From: Saprospirales bacterium
Lineage (GTDB): Bacteria > Bacteroidota > Bacteroidia > Chitinophagales > CAMDFR01
Direction: 5' to 3'
Assembly (NCBI GenBank): GCA_947464015.1
Contig: CANHVE010000002.1
Coordinates: forward strand, 1-44,992
DNA length: 44,992 bases
Below the pieces are notes generated by a model, which was not told where the DNA came from, did not search any database, and saw only the letters and a program-made list of their open reading frames with translations. Shown in pieces: positions 1 through 11,145 of this stretch. A program made the position numbers and the translations under genes. The stretch's first letter is position 1, and the number at the start of each line of letters is the position of its first letter.

Positions 1-2446
1 GTCCTTTACAACAAGCATCACCTGTATGACTAGATTGACAAGAATTCATGATTTTAGTCATACATTGTTCTTTAGTACAACCTTCTTTAGAACATCTTTC
101 TGCAGTGCAATTAGAATCAACCCAAGCTTTTACATAAGCATAACAAGCAGTTGAATCTTTAGGGCAAGCGGTCATTGGGAAATCTTTAACTGGGCAATTT
201 TCACCACAACCATTCATTCCTTCATTGTGATGTTCACAAGCACCTTGCATTTCATTTGAATGGCAAGAAGCTTCTATTACAACTGCATTCTTAGTAGGAT
301 TGATCATACCACTTAAATTATGCACAGCAATTGTTGGAGCAATAACCAAAGATACAATTGACATTAATTTGATAAGGATATTCATTGAAGGCCCTGAAGT
401 ATCTTTAAAAGGATCCCCTACTGTATCACCTGTTACAGATGCTTTATGTGGTTCAGATTTTTTATAGAAAATTTCACCATTAATATCAACTCCTTTTTCA
501 AAAGATTTTTTAGCATTATCCCATGCACCACCAGCATTATTTTGGAAAATACCCATCAACACACCACTTACTGTAGCTCCTGCTAAAAATCCACCTAATA
601 CTTCTGGTCCGAAAATAAAACCAATTAAAATTGGCGATATAATAGTAATTGCACCAGGTAAAATCATTTCTCTAATAGAAGCTTGTGTTGAAATAGCAAC
701 ACATTTTTCATATTCTGGTTTTCCAGTACCTTCCATAATACCTGGAATTTCTCTAAATTGACGTCTAACTTCTTCAACCATACTCATCGCAGCTCTACCA
801 ACAGCAGCTATAGCTAATGAAGAAAATATAAATGGAATCATACCTCCAATAAATAATCCAGCTAATACATCTGCTTTGTAAATATCAATTCCAGATAAAG
901 TATAGCCATTGTGATTGATTACACCTACATATGCGGCGAATAATGCTAATGAAGTTAATGCTGCTGAAGCAATGGCAAATCCTTTACCAGTTGCTGCTGT
1001 TGTATTCCCTACAGCATCTAATATATCTGTTTTTTCTCTAACCTCAGCTGGTAATTCACTCATTTCTGCTATGCCACCTGCATTATCTGCAATAGGTCCA
1101 AAAGCGTCAATTGCTAATTGCATAGCAGTAGTAGCCATCATACCTGCAGCTGCGATAGCTACACCATATAAACCAGCACATACATAGGATCCAAAAATAC
1201 CACCAGCAAGAACTAAAATCGGTAAGAATGTAGATTCCATACCAACAGATAATCCTCCGATAATATTAGTAGCATGACCAGTAGAAGATTGTTTTACAAT
1301 ACTCATAACAGGTCTTTTACCCATAGCTGTATAATATTCAGTAATAATACTCATTAATGTACCTACTACTAAACCTACTAATATAGCTCCAATCACTCCA
1401 TTATTTGTAAATGATAAACCTCTCAATGTCATCGTTTCTGGCATTAAGAATTTAACTAAAAAGATAGAGAATATAGCAGTTAAAACAATTGAACCCCAGT
1501 TACCCATATTCAGAGCATTTTGTACTTTTTGAGTACTTAAACCTACAGAATCACTAATTCTAACAAAGAAAGTTCCAATGATAGAGAAAATGATACCAGC
1601 ACCTGCAATTAACATAGGTAATAAAATCGGTGATAATCCACCAAAATTATCTACTGCTATTGTTTCTTGTCCTAATACCATCGTTGCTAAAACAGTAGCT
1701 ACATAAGATCCAAATAAATCGGCACCCATACCAGCCACATCACCAACATTATCACCAACGTTATCAGCAATAGTTGCTGGGTTACGAGGATCATCTTCTG
1801 GAATACCAGCTTCCACTTTACCCACTAAATCAGCACCCACATCGGCAGCTTTGGTATAAATACCACCACCAACACGAGCGAAAAGAGCAATACTTTCAGC
1901 ACCTAATGAGAAGCCAGTTAATACCTCGATGGTTTTAACCATTTCTTCACTATTTACTGCTGCATTTGGAGCGAAAATCATTTTTAATACAATAAATAAA
2001 GAGCCTAATCCAAAGACAGCTAGACCAGCTACACCAAGTCCCATTACCGAACCACCTGTAAAGGATACTTTAAGTGCTTTAGATAAAGAAGTTTTAGCTG
2101 CTTCAGCGGTTCTTACATTTGCTTTAGTTGCAACACGCATCCCTACAAATCCTGCTAAAGCAGAAAATACAGCACCCATTATAAATGCTAATCCTATAAC
2201 AGGACTAGAATTTTCATTACCCATAGACATTACACCTAATAACAAGGCTACTATAATTCCAAAATAAGTTAGTATTTTATATTCTGCTTTTAAGAAAGCC
2301 ATTGCACCTTCTGAAATGTATTTGGCAATTTCTTTCATTCTGTCATTACCTTGTTCTTGTTTATCTACCCATCTATATTGAAAGTAGGTATATACTAAGG
2401 TTAATAATCCTATTGCAGGTACTAGGTATAAAAGTGTGTTTTCCAT
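1..2446 (-). CDS. hppA: Membrane-bound pyrophosphate-energised cation pump (H+/Na+-PPase), K+-dependent-type signature; the 3' end runs off the window
   Basis: The ORF is absent from the track because it is open at the window edge. My minus-strand translation from the ATG at 2446-2444 reads [35 protein letters not shown]... It contains [12 protein letters not shown] (about 1000-1040) and [35 protein letters not shown] (about 330-450). The frame stays open down to base 1. Confidence 0.9.
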   Translation of the reverse strand, partial: MENTLLYLVPAIGLLTLVYTYFQYRWVDKQEQGNDRMKEIAKYISEGAMAFLKAEYKILTYFGIIVALLLGVMSMGNENSSPVIGLAFIMGAVFSALAGFVGMRVATKANVRTAEAAKTSLSKALKVSFTGGSVMGLGVAGLAVFGLGSLFIVLKMIFAPNAAVNSEEMVKTIEVLTGFSLGAESIALFARVGGGIYTKAADVGADLVGKVEAGIPEDDPRNPATIADNVGDNVGDVAGMGADLFGSYVATVLATMVLGQETIAVDNFGGLSPILLPMLIAGAGIIFSIIGTFFVRISDSVGLSTQKVQNALNMGNWGSIVLTAIFSIFLVKFLMPETMTLRGLSFTNNGVIGAILVGLVVGTLMSIITEYYTAMGKRPVMSIVKQSSTGHATNIIGGLSVGMESTFLPILVLAGGIFGSYVCAGLYGVAIAAAGMMATTAMQLAIDAFGPIADNAGGIAEMSELPAEVREKTDILDAVGNTTAATGKGFAIASAALTSLALFAAYVGVINHNGYTLSGIDIYKADVLAGLFIGGMIPFIFSSLAIAAVGRAAMSMVEEVRRQFREIPGIMEGTGKPEYEKCVAISTQASIREMILPGAITIISPILIGFIFGPEVLGGFLAGATVSGVLMGIFQNNAGGAWDNAKKSFEKGVDINGEIFYKKSEPHKASVTGDTVGDPFKDTSGPSMNILIKLMSIVSLVIAPTIAVHNLSGMINPTKNAVVIEASCHSNEMQGACEHHNEGMNGCGENCPVKDFPMTACPKDSTACYAYVKAWVDSNCTAERCSKEGCTKEQCMTKIMNSCQSSHTGDACCKG

Positions 2447-2485
2447 AAAGTATTGAATCCTTATTTGTTATAAAAAATTGGAGTG

Positions 2486-2493
2486 CAAATATA
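2486..2493 (-). promoter_or_regulatory. Bacteroidota sigma-A -7 box (TATATTTG) upstream of hppA
   Basis: The minus strand reads TATATTTGCACTCC, which matches TAnnTTTG, and lies about 40 nt upstream of the hppA ATG. The same 14-mer occurs in front of the tRNA at 27739-27752. Confidence 0.4.
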
Positions 2494-2553
2494 AGGTAAA
2501 TATTTAGAAATAAGTAATATCTAAAGGATAAAATAATGACTATTAGCTTTATT

Positions 2554-3144
2554 TTAGTGCTTAAACTTCATCATTTTTGCTAAGTATTTTCCAAGAATAT
2601 CAAATTCTAAATTCACTATATCATTTACTTGAAGTTGATTTAAGTTCGTATGCTCATAGGTATAGGGTATAATGGCTACTTTAAATGAATTATCAGTTAC
2701 TTCAAAGGCAGTTAAACTGGTACCATTAACACATATAGAGCCTTTTTCAACAATTATTTGTTGTGGTTTTTCTGTATAAGAAAAAGTAAATATCCAACTT
2801 CCTTGCTTTTCTTGAATGGCTATACAAGTGGAAACATCATCCACATGACCTTGCACGATATGTCCATCCAATCGAGCTCCAATTTGCATAGCTCGTTCAA
2901 GATTCACCTGATGACCAATTTGAAGATATTTTAAATTTGTTTTTTGAAGTGTTTCGTCTACAGCTGTAACTTTATATATATTCTCTTGGATATCTACAAT
3001 AGTTAAACATACCCCATTATGAGCGATGCTTTCATCTATTTTGCAGGAAGCTGTTATGGATGATTCTATATAAAAATGAATGTTTGATTTATCGCGAATA
3101 ATATCTTTTACTATTCCAATGCTTTCAATAATACCTGTAAACAT
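2554..3144 (-). CDS. ribE: Riboflavin synthase (alpha chain)
   Basis: The N-terminus is MFTGIIE. The duplicated lumazine-binding halves (AHNGVCLTIV and SICVNGTSLT), the GHIVQGHVD motif and the 196-aa length are typical. Confidence 0.93.
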   Translation of the reverse strand: MFTGIIESIGIVKDIIRDKSNIHFYIESSITASCKIDESIAHNGVCLTIVDIQENIYKVTAVDETLQKTNLKYLQIGHQVNLERAMQIGARLDGHIVQGHVDDVSTCIAIQEKQGSWIFTFSYTEKPQQIIVEKGSICVNGTSLTAFEVTDNSFKVAIIPYTYEHTNLNQLQVNDIVNLEFDILGKYLAKMMKFKH

Positions 3145-3148
3145 ATAT

Positions 3149-5923
3149 TTATTTATTTCTCATTAAATGAATGAAGCCTCCACCATTCTTATTGGGAGGT
3201 AAAGGTTTCTCTACTGGACCAATTAAAGTTTCTTCATAATACTTACCTGTATAAAAATAAACTCCCTCGCTTAAATTTTTACCTGTTTTAGTATCCGTTC
3301 CATCCCATAAAATATCTGGATTTTGAGTCTCAAATACTACATTACCCCAACGATCTTGTACTTTAAAATCTACTTTACTTACAAATCTATAAGGAAATGG
3401 TTTATACAAATCATTGAATCCATCATTGTTTGGTGTAAATACATTAGGCAGTTCATAAATAGGGCAATTATCAATACAAATTATAGCATTATCAATAGAT
3501 TCATTTCCAGAAAAATCAACTGCTGTTAATTTATAACAACCTGCAATACTAGTGGCACTGCTTAAATCATGAGTATAGTTTGTATCTGTTTTTACAAAAG
3601 AACTATCAATTAAAATAAAATTTCCACCCTGTATGGGAGTATAATATAATTTATATTTAGCAATGTCATAACCACAACTTTCATCTGGAATATTCCAACT
3701 TAAATAATTTTTCCAGTGAGAGGCATTCCATTCAGCATTTGAAATTTTACCACAATCATTAGTTATTGTCAATAGAGGTGAACAAGGTGGGATAGTATCA
3801 TTAGGTCGTTCACAGGCTATTTGTGATTTATTTAATAAAGGTTCTGGATAATTTGTACCAGTATATCTGCCACTACTTTCAATAAAATAACAATATAAAG
3901 TGTCATTCAGTAAGCCTGTATCGATATAGGAAGTATTGATAGTGCTATCTATTTTTTCATACAAGAATGTTATTTTATTTTGTTTGTAGATATAATATAA
4001 TTGGTTTGACCAAGGAACTAATTCATTCCAATTGAGATTGAGTGCTTTATCTCTTGCTTGAATTTTTAAATAGATACTAGAGGCATTACTCGTAGTTCCA
4101 ACTATAGAATCAGAACGATATTTAAAATTAACTTTATAATTATATTGTTTTTCTTCAGTGTTTAATAAATTATCAGTATAAAAAGTATCAGCAAGTAATC
4201 CTGTAAATGAACTACTGGTAAAAGTTTGAATTAAACTTAATGGATTTGCACCTGCTAAACCTTCATTTTTGTATAGTTCATATTTGTAGGGACCTGGATA
4301 TAATATCGTATCTAAATCAGGAATGATTGGATTAACCCAATTGATAAAAATACTGCCATTTGTAATATCGGTATTTGTGACATCTACATTTGTTATTACT
4401 GGAACATCTCTTTTTAATTCAGCACAATCTTCATTCGATGGAATACTTAACACATTATCGTACGTAACTAGTCCATTTGGACTAAGTTGTGAGAAGTGAG
4501 CTAATATTCTGTAGCAATATTTTTGTCCATGAACAATATCTATATCTCTATAAGTATATGTATTAACATTTTCGGCAATCATAGTGTAGCCTCGGCCCTC
4601 AAGTCCTGTTTCACAACTATCAGGAGTGAAATTATTGGATCCTATTCTTCTCCATACGCTGAAGCCTCTAAAATTAGGAACACTTCCACAAGTATATGGA
4701 TTATCCCAAGTTAAATTAATCCCATTATTAAAGGGTGTAGCTACTAAGTTGGTAGGAGGGGGAGCAATAACTTTAATAAGCCAAGTTTCTAAATCAACTA
4801 ATGGCACACGCACACTGCCACTTCCTGTACCAATTCTAAAATCATCTGCAGCACGAAAAACAACCGAGTAAAACTGAGAACGAATATGTTCGCATCGAGT
4901 ATTCCAATTAAAAGTAGAAGTTGCGGGATTGCCATAAGCACTATCAAAAATTGCTGGAGATACACTAGTGAGGAAAGGAGCACCTGAAGCTGTTAATGAA
5001 ACCTGTTGAGGTAAATTTATGTCACTAGCAGATACTAATAAACTTAATGGCATCCCTGCAATAATACAAGTATCTTTTACATCAATAATTACTGGTGGAT
5101 CATTTGGATAATTATTTACAATTATTTGCATATCTCTAATCAAAGTACTTAATAGAATTTGATTTCTATATTCACGAATTAAAATGGCAATATTATAGAT
5201 ACCTTCTTTTTGAGGAGTTCCCCATATTATTTCACCTGTTCGTGAGTTGATGGTAAATTTATTATTCGCACCAGGAATTATCTCATCGGGATATTGATAG
5301 CCAGGAACGTTTGCAAATACAGATTGTTTAGGCACCATAAGTTCAAAAAATAAAGAGTCTCCATCAATATCATATGCATTCGGATTATGATAAAAAGTAT
5401 CATTGATATTGGCAAAATCGATAGGTGGATTTAATAAAACGGGCGAATTATTATAACCTAAAGAAGCAATATCATAAAATTTTATGGTGTCTTCTACATA
5501 GAATGGTGTATTAACGGATCCACCACCATTGATATTGATGATATCATTTATTCGGTTTGCATCTTCAACACTTACTAAATAAAATGGACGAATACCGGCA
5601 TATTGATGAACACCTCTATATATGTTTTTTTTAATATCATCAAATACAAATTCACCATCTGGAACGCCATTTCCATTTCCATCTATTCCATTGATACGTA
5701 TAATAACATCTGCTGTACCATCTCCCCAAAAAATTTGAATAGTATCTCTATCTGCACCAGCGCTAGATCCTGATGTCTTTGTATAAGTAATAACATCTGC
5801 TTGATAGGTGAGAGGAGCTGTTAATTTATAAATAATTTCCCCTGCTCTATAGTGAGTAGCAAAACTAAAAATAGGAAATAAGCACAAAAAAGTAAATGCA
5901 ATACGTATTAAATTTCTTTTCAC
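3149..5923 (-). CDS. Large secreted protein with T9SS type-B (gliding motility-associated, CHU_C-like) C-terminal sorting domain; GTG start
   Basis: It has a signal peptide (MKRNLIRIAFTFLCLFPIFSFA). The C-terminal region reads ELPNVFTPNNDGFNDLYKP...DRWGNVVFE...WDGT...GVYFY. The stop lies 4 nt before the ribE start. Confidence 0.8.
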   Translation of the reverse strand: MKRNLIRIAFTFLCLFPIFSFATHYRAGEIIYKLTAPLTYQADVITYTKTSGSSAGADRDTIQIFWGDGTADVIIRINGIDGNGNGVPDGEFVFDDIKKNIYRGVHQYAGIRPFYLVSVEDANRINDIININGGGSVNTPFYVEDTIKFYDIASLGYNNSPVLLNPPIDFANINDTFYHNPNAYDIDGDSLFFELMVPKQSVFANVPGYQYPDEIIPGANNKFTINSRTGEIIWGTPQKEGIYNIAILIREYRNQILLSTLIRDMQIIVNNYPNDPPVIIDVKDTCIIAGMPLSLLVSASDINLPQQVSLTASGAPFLTSVSPAIFDSAYGNPATSTFNWNTRCEHIRSQFYSVVFRAADDFRIGTGSGSVRVPLVDLETWLIKVIAPPPTNLVATPFNNGINLTWDNPYTCGSVPNFRGFSVWRRIGSNNFTPDSCETGLEGRGYTMIAENVNTYTYRDIDIVHGQKYCYRILAHFSQLSPNGLVTYDNVLSIPSNEDCAELKRDVPVITNVDVTNTDITNGSIFINWVNPIIPDLDTILYPGPYKYELYKNEGLAGANPLSLIQTFTSSSFTGLLADTFYTDNLLNTEEKQYNYKVNFKYRSDSIVGTTSNASSIYLKIQARDKALNLNWNELVPWSNQLYYIYKQNKITFLYEKIDSTINTSYIDTGLLNDTLYCYFIESSGRYTGTNYPEPLLNKSQIACERPNDTIPPCSPLLTITNDCGKISNAEWNASHWKNYLSWNIPDESCGYDIAKYKLYYTPIQGGNFILIDSSFVKTDTNYTHDLSSATSIAGCYKLTAVDFSGNESIDNAIICIDNCPIYELPNVFTPNNDGFNDLYKPFPYRFVSKVDFKVQDRWGNVVFETQNPDILWDGTDTKTGKNLSEGVYFYTGKYYEETLIGPVEKPLPPNKNGGGFIHLMRNK

Positions 5924-6047
5924 GGCAATACTAAATTAAATAGATAGATAAAGGTATAAAGAAATTATGCAAAAATTGTTTAATTATTTACATAATATTT
6001 TAAACAAAAATGGAGTTTGTAGGTTATACTATTAAGTATCATGTAAA

Positions 6048-6725
6048 ATGAAAATTAAATTTTTTATATCAATAGCTCTTTTAGTAGTATTGAATAGTTG
6101 TATTGTCAACAAAATTGCCTATAGACAAGAAAATATAGTGTATAAAAATCAAGTATTTGATGCTGTGATTGTTCCTGGTTTCCCTTATTTTGAAAACAGT
6201 AATAATGAAATTTTGAAAATGAGGATTTTATGGGCAAATCAGTTATATTTATCAGGCAAAACAAAACATATTGTTTTTACCGGTTCGGCTGTTTCTACTC
6301 ATTATAATGAAGCTATGGTAATGAAAAAAATAGCTGTAGAATTAGGTATCCCAGATTCAGTCATTTATACTGAGAAAAAAGCAGAACATAGTACGGAGAA
6401 TATATATTTTGCAATGCAAGTTTGTGAAAAAAATAATTTTACTAAAGTAGCTTTAGCGACAGATATTGCACAAACATCATTTTTAAAAAATTATATTGAC
6501 AATTATTTCCCTTACTTAGCTAGATTGCCAATCAATTATAGCAGAATAGATATGCGTAAGGATATATCTTATGTAAATGTAGAAGATTGTAAAGTAGAAA
6601 ATTTTGTAAGTTTAAAAAATAGAAAAACAAAAGAACAAATATCATATGCATCTAAAGGAAATAATATCGATACTACAGGATATTATATTATGAACACCAG
6701 ATTCGCAGCCAGCTTAGATAAATAG
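6048..6725 (+). CDS. YdcF/DUF218-family (SanA/ElyC-like) lipoprotein
   Basis: It has a lipobox-like N-terminus (LLVVLNSC). The core reads DAVIVPGFP...FTGSAVSTHYNEAMVMKK...GIP...EKKAEHSTENIYF, the pattern typical of DUF218. Confidence 0.7.
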   Translation: MKIKFFISIALLVVLNSCIVNKIAYRQENIVYKNQVFDAVIVPGFPYFENSNNEILKMRILWANQLYLSGKTKHIVFTGSAVSTHYNEAMVMKKIAVELGIPDSVIYTEKKAEHSTENIYFAMQVCEKNNFTKVALATDIAQTSFLKNYIDNYFPYLARLPINYSRIDMRKDISYVNVEDCKVENFVSLKNRKTKEQISYASKGNNIDTTGYYIMNTRFAASLDK

Positions 6726-6742
6726 TAATATTTCAATTTTTT

Positions 6743-7513
6743 TTAAAATATTTTCCCATAAAATACCATAATAGCAGGACCAATCAACCAAATGTTTTTA
6801 TACGATGATCCTTGTTGTTCAAAACGAACTTGTAGTGTTCCTCCTTTAGTATTTATTTTAAACTGATTGGTATTTTTGTTTTGAATAATAGAACTTATTA
6901 TACTTGATGCAACTACACCTGTTCCACAGGAGTAGGTTTCATCTTCAACTCCTCTTTCATAGGTGCGAATATTGAAATGTTGAGCATCGATTAATTCAAT
7001 AAAATTCACATTTATTCCTTCTTCTTTAAAATCATTGCTATATCGTATCTCTTTTCCTTCTTTGTATACATCCAGTAAATCTAATTTTTCAACTTGTTTT
7101 ACATAGTGAGGAGAGCCTGTAAATAGCACAAAATCACCTTTATTATTTTTTATATGTTCTACATCATTCATTTTAAGATGAATGATATCATTTTCAATTT
7201 TTGCTTCATGAATTCCATCTATAGCGGTAAAGGTTGTTGTATGTTGAATAATGTTTAGAAATTTTGCAAATGCAACAATACATCTGCCTCCATTACCACA
7301 CATAGTGCTAGCTCTACCATCCGAATTAAAATAAATCATTTTAAAATCGTATGCAGTATCATTTCTTAATAAAATTAATCCATCTGCACCTATGCCAAAT
7401 CTTCTATCACATAAGCGTTCAATCATTTTTTGATTATCTGTATCAAATAATTCAGTTCTATCATCTATCATGATAAAATCATTTCCAGTGCCTTGATATT
7501 TGTAGAACTCCAT
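6743..7513 (-). CDS. dapF: Diaminopimelate epimerase
   Basis: Motifs seen are YQGTGNDFIMIDD, NSDGRASTMCGNGGRC and ERGVEDETYSCGTG (the two catalytic Cys motifs). The length is 256 aa. Confidence 0.92.
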   Translation of the reverse strand: MEFYKYQGTGNDFIMIDDRTELFDTDNQKMIERLCDRRFGIGADGLILLRNDTAYDFKMIYFNSDGRASTMCGNGGRCIVAFAKFLNIIQHTTTFTAIDGIHEAKIENDIIHLKMNDVEHIKNNKGDFVLFTGSPHYVKQVEKLDLLDVYKEGKEIRYSNDFKEEGINVNFIELIDAQHFNIRTYERGVEDETYSCGTGVVASSIISSIIQNKNTNQFKINTKGGTLQVRFEQQGSSYKNIWLIGPAIMVFYGKIF

Positions 7514-7591
7514 AGATATTGTAATTAATTATATTTTGTTAAACTTTTTAAAAAAAGGAAGTATGTATTAATAAAATGCGTTAATGCTTAA

Positions 7592-7599
7592 TACATTTG
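7592..7599 (+). promoter_or_regulatory. -7 box TACATTTG upstream of htrA
   Basis: It matches TAnnTTTG and lies 24 nt upstream of the ATG at 7623. It sits inside the longer track ORF (7584 start), which argues for the 7623 start. Confidence 0.4.
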
Positions 7600-7622
7600 T
7601 AATATTAAAAAAAAATAGAAAT

Positions 7623-9143
7623 ATGAAAAGATTTAATTTAGGTTTGATTTTAGGTGTAGCATTATTTACATCTTTTTTTACTTTAGCTTCTTTTAGATTC
7701 TTTTCAAGTGGGAAAGCATTACCTTTTGAAAAATCATCTAATTCAGCTACTAATTTACCCATAACAATTCCTGAACCAACACCAGTTGGTGGAGTTGTAC
7801 CATTTGATTTTACGGAAGCAGCAGAAAAAACTACTGATGCTGTGGTACACATTAAAACAAAAATAAACCCTAAACCAGTTGCTAATAGAGGGAGAGGGAC
7901 AAATCCTTATCAAGAATTTTTTGGAGATGACTTTTTTAGATTTTTTGGCGATCCTTATGGAGGAATGGCGCCTAATCGACCACAAGAAGCTAGTGGTAGT
8001 GGTGTTATAGTAGCTACAGATGGTTATATTGTTACCAATAACCATGTGGTAGAAGATGCAGATGAAATTACTGTTACACTACATAATAATAAAACGTATA
8101 CGGCTAAACTTATTGGAAAAGATAAAGATTTTGATTTAGCATTGATTAAAATAGAAGAAACCAAATTGCCAATAGTTGAATTTGGGAATAGTGATTCAGT
8201 GAAAGTGGGTCAATGGTGTGTGGCAGTTGGAAATCCATTCAACTTGACTTCTACAGTTACAGCAGGGATTATCAGTGCTAAAGGAAGAAACATCAATTTA
8301 ATAGGTGGTAATGGTGCAAAAGATGGCAGCAATACAGCGATTGAATCGTTTATTCAAACAGATGCAGCTGTAAATCCAGGAAATAGTGGAGGTGCATTAG
8401 TAAATTTAAAAGGTCAATTAATCGGTATAAATACTGCGATTGCTTCTAATACTGGCAGCTATGCTGGGTATTCTTTTGCTGTGCCATCCAATTTAGTATT
8501 TAAGGTGTATACCGATTTAAAAAATTATGGCGCAGTACAACGAGGTTATTTAGGCGTAACCATAAGAAGTTTAGATGATGCATTATCCAAAGAATTAAAA
8601 TTAAATTCGGCGGAAGGTGTCTATGTTGAAAGTTTAGTAAAAGAAAGTGCAGCAGAAGAAGCAGGTTTAAAAGCAAAAGATGTCATAACAAAAATAAACG
8701 GGGTATTAATCAAAACATCACCTGAATTGCAAGAGCAAGTGGGTAAATACAGACCTGGTGATAAAATTAATGTGGAATATATTAGAGATGGTAAAACTCT
8801 AACGACTATAGTTACATTGAAAAACAAATTCAATAGTACTTCAACTGTAGACAATTCAAAAGAACTATTAGCTTCTTTAGGTGCTGACTTTACACCATTA
8901 AGTGAACAAGAAGCATTAAAGTATGGAATTAAAGGAGGGTTAAGAGTATCTAATTTAAGAGAAGGGAAATTAAAACAATATACCGAAATTCAAAATGGGT
9001 TTATCATTACATTTTTAAATGAGAAACAAGTAAACACTACACAAGATATGGCTGATGCTATTGCAGGTATTACTGGAAATATTACCATAGAAGGGATTTA
9101 TCCGGGTAAACCATTTAGTTTCTTATATGCATTTAAGCAATAA
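7623..9143 (+). CDS. htrA: HtrA/DegP/DegQ-family periplasmic serine endoprotease with PDZ domains
   Basis: The catalytic triad contexts are TNNHVV, DLALIKI and GNSGGALVN. The C-terminal regions are PDZ-like. A signal-anchor follows MKRFNLGLILGVALF. Confidence 0.9.
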   Translation: MKRFNLGLILGVALFTSFFTLASFRFFSSGKALPFEKSSNSATNLPITIPEPTPVGGVVPFDFTEAAEKTTDAVVHIKTKINPKPVANRGRGTNPYQEFFGDDFFRFFGDPYGGMAPNRPQEASGSGVIVATDGYIVTNNHVVEDADEITVTLHNNKTYTAKLIGKDKDFDLALIKIEETKLPIVEFGNSDSVKVGQWCVAVGNPFNLTSTVTAGIISAKGRNINLIGGNGAKDGSNTAIESFIQTDAAVNPGNSGGALVNLKGQLIGINTAIASNTGSYAGYSFAVPSNLVFKVYTDLKNYGAVQRGYLGVTIRSLDDALSKELKLNSAEGVYVESLVKESAAEEAGLKAKDVITKINGVLIKTSPELQEQVGKYRPGDKINVEYIRDGKTLTTIVTLKNKFNSTSTVDNSKELLASLGADFTPLSEQEALKYGIKGGLRVSNLREGKLKQYTEIQNGFIITFLNEKQVNTTQDMADAIAGITGNITIEGIYPGKPFSFLYAFKQ

Positions 9144-9170
9144 TATATTTCATTTTTTAAATTGTTAGAA

Positions 9171-9200
9171 AGTCCGAGCATATGCTTGGACTTTCTTTTT
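9171..9200 (+). terminator. Rho-independent terminator after htrA
   Basis: The stem is AGTCCGAGC/GCTTGGACT (9 bp with one G.U), the loop is ATAT, and a TTCTTTTTT run follows. Confidence 0.7.
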
Positions 9201-9208
9201 TAGTTTTG
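9201..9208 (+). promoter_or_regulatory. -7 box TAGTTTTG upstream of the HAD phosphatase gene
   Basis: It matches TAnnTTTG and lies 17 nt upstream of the ATG at 9225. Confidence 0.35.
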
Positions 9209-9224
9209 TATAAAATTGGATGGA

Positions 9225-9881
9225 ATGAAAGAAACAAAAGCAGTCATTTTCGATATGGACGGTTTAATTATAGATTCAGAACCTTATTGGAGATTGGCGA
9301 TGATTGAAGTGTTTAATTCACTTGGATTTATAGCTACCGAAGAAATGTGTGCTGCAACTACAGGCTTACGAATTGATGAAGTAGTTGAACTATGGTATCA
9401 AAATAAACCTTGGCAACTAAAAAGTAAAGAACAAGTTTGTAATGATATTATAGAATCGGTTTGTAGTCATATTTCTAGTAAAGGGGTGGCGATGGAAGGG
9501 TTTTTTGAGGTGCTAGAAATGCTACATAAAACTAAATTGCAAATAGCATTAGCAAGTAGTAGTGCACAAATTATTATTCATACCGTTTTAAAACGATTAC
9601 AAATACAAGATTCATTTCAGGTAATTTGCTCAGGCGAAGAAGTTAGTCATGGTAAACCACATCCAGCTATATTTATAGAAACAGCACAACGATTGAATAC
9701 ATTACCAAGACATTGTACTGTTTTCGAAGATTCGATTTTTGGAATGATAGCAACTAAATCAGCGCATATGCATAGTATAGTTGTACCAGAGCCATCTAAT
9801 TATGAAAATGAAAAATTTGCATTAGCAGATATCAAATTAAGATCGCTAAAAGATTTTAAACTAGATATGATTAGGTTATAA
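9225..9881 (+). CDS. HAD-superfamily sugar phosphatase (beta-phosphoglucomutase / 2-deoxyglucose-6-phosphatase-like)
   Basis: HAD motif I is VIFDMDGLIIDSE. ALASSS corresponds to motif II and GKPHP...FEDS to motifs III/IV. The track start at 9216 is a TTG, and the ATG at 9225 (MKETKAVIF) is more likely. Confidence 0.8.
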   Translation: MKETKAVIFDMDGLIIDSEPYWRLAMIEVFNSLGFIATEEMCAATTGLRIDEVVELWYQNKPWQLKSKEQVCNDIIESVCSHISSKGVAMEGFFEVLEMLHKTKLQIALASSSAQIIIHTVLKRLQIQDSFQVICSGEEVSHGKPHPAIFIETAQRLNTLPRHCTVFEDSIFGMIATKSAHMHSIVVPEPSNYENEKFALADIKLRSLKDFKLDMIRL

Positions 9882-9888
9882 TATAATC

Positions 9889-11145
9889 TTACTTAGCTTT
9901 TTTCAAGATTTCGTGACCCATTTTATCTCTTTTAGTTTTCAGGTATTTTTCGTTGTAAAGATTGGGATGAATCTCGATATTGATATTTTCAACGATTTCT
10001 AGTCCATAACCAATTAATCCAATTCTTTTTTTAGGATTATTAGAAAGCAGACGCATTTTACAGATATTAAGATCACGAAGAATTTGAGCCCCGATACCAT
10101 AATCGCGTTGATCCATTTTAAAACCAAGACTTAAATTTGCTTCAACAGTATCTTGCCCATTCTCTTGAAGTTTGTAAGCTTTCAGTTTATTAATTAAACC
10201 TATTCCTCTACCTTCTTGTTTCATATACAATAAAACCCCTTTACCTTCTTTTTCGATCATACGCAATGCATTGGCAAGCTGATCTCCACAATCACAACGT
10301 AATGATCCTAAAATATCACCCGTTTCACAAGAGCTATGTACGCGTACTAATACCGCTTCATTTTTTTTCCAAGTGCCTTTAACGATTGCTAAATGAACTT
10401 CATCATTTACAGATTGTTTGTAAGCGATTAATTTAAAATGCCCAAATTTAGTAGGTAAATCAACTTCAACTTCACGTTCAACTAATTTTTCATTTTTCAA
10501 TCTATAAGCGATTAAATCTTTGATTGAAATTATTTTTAGTTTATGTTTTTGAGCAACTTTTAATAATTGAGGAAGACGAGCCATAGAACCATCTTCATTT
10601 AATATTTCAACTAGAACACCTGCAGGTTCAAATCCAGCTAAACGAGCTAAATCAATAGCTGCTTCAGTATGTCCAGCTCTACGCAATACCCCTTCTCTTT
10701 TAGCTTTAAGTGGAAATATATGACCTGGTTTACCAAGAGTATCTGGATTTAATTTAGGATCGATAAGTGCTTGAACTGTTTTAGCTCTATCATGAGCAGA
10801 AATACCTGTAGTGCAGCCATCGCCAATCAAATCAACAGATACCGTAAAATTGGTTTGATGTAGTACTGTGTTTTTACCAACCATTAATTCAAGCCCAAGT
10901 TCATCACATCTATCTTCAATAAGTGGAGCACAAATAAGTCCTCTACCATGCGTACTCATAAAATTGATAATCTCAGGAGTAACATTACGGGCAGCCGTAA
11001 TAAAATCGCCTTCATTTTCACGGTCTTCATCATCAACAACAATCACTAATTTGCCTTTTTTAATATCGGCAATAGCGCTCTCGATGGTATCTAATACACT
11101 TGTATTTTTTTTAGTTGTTTTCTCTTTTGGTAGGTGTCCAGACAT
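9889..11145 (-). CDS. ribBA: Bifunctional 3,4-dihydroxy-2-butanone-4-phosphate synthase / GTP cyclohydrolase II
   Basis: The RibB half has [13 protein letters not shown] and HTEA. The RibA half has [24 protein letters not shown] and EGRGIGL. The length is 418 aa. Confidence 0.93.
   Translation of the reverse strand: MSGHLPKEKTTKKNTSVLDTIESAIADIKKGKLVIVVDDEDRENEGDFITAARNVTPEIINFMSTHGRGLICAPLIEDRCDELGLELMVGKNTVLHQTNFTVSVDLIGDGCTTGISAHDRAKTVQALIDPKLNPDTLGKPGHIFPLKAKREGVLRRAGHTEAAIDLARLAGFEPAGVLVEILNEDGSMARLPQLLKVAQKHKLKIISIKDLIAYRLKNEKLVEREVEVDLPTKFGHFKLIAYKQSVNDEVHLAIVKGTWKKNEAVLVRVHSSCETGDILGSLRCDCGDQLANALRMIEKEGKGVLLYMKQEGRGIGLINKLKAYKLQENGQDTVEANLSLGFKMDQRDYGIGAQILRDLNICKMRLLSNNPKKRIGLIGYGLEIVENINIEIHPNLYNEKYLKTKRDKMGHEILKKAK

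Noticed and set aside
915-2267. Plus-strand track ORFs at 915-1187 and 1929-2267.
   Set aside because: Both lie antisense inside the long open minus-strand frame carrying unmistakable PPase motifs. Their low-complexity A/P/I-rich products are typical shadow ORFs.
3145-3148. Looked for FMN riboswitches upstream of ribE (start 3144) and ribBA (start 11145).
   Set aside because: Both genes abut or overlap the preceding gene (a 4-nt gap and a 35-nt overlap), so there is no leader that could hold a riboswitch of about 130 nt.
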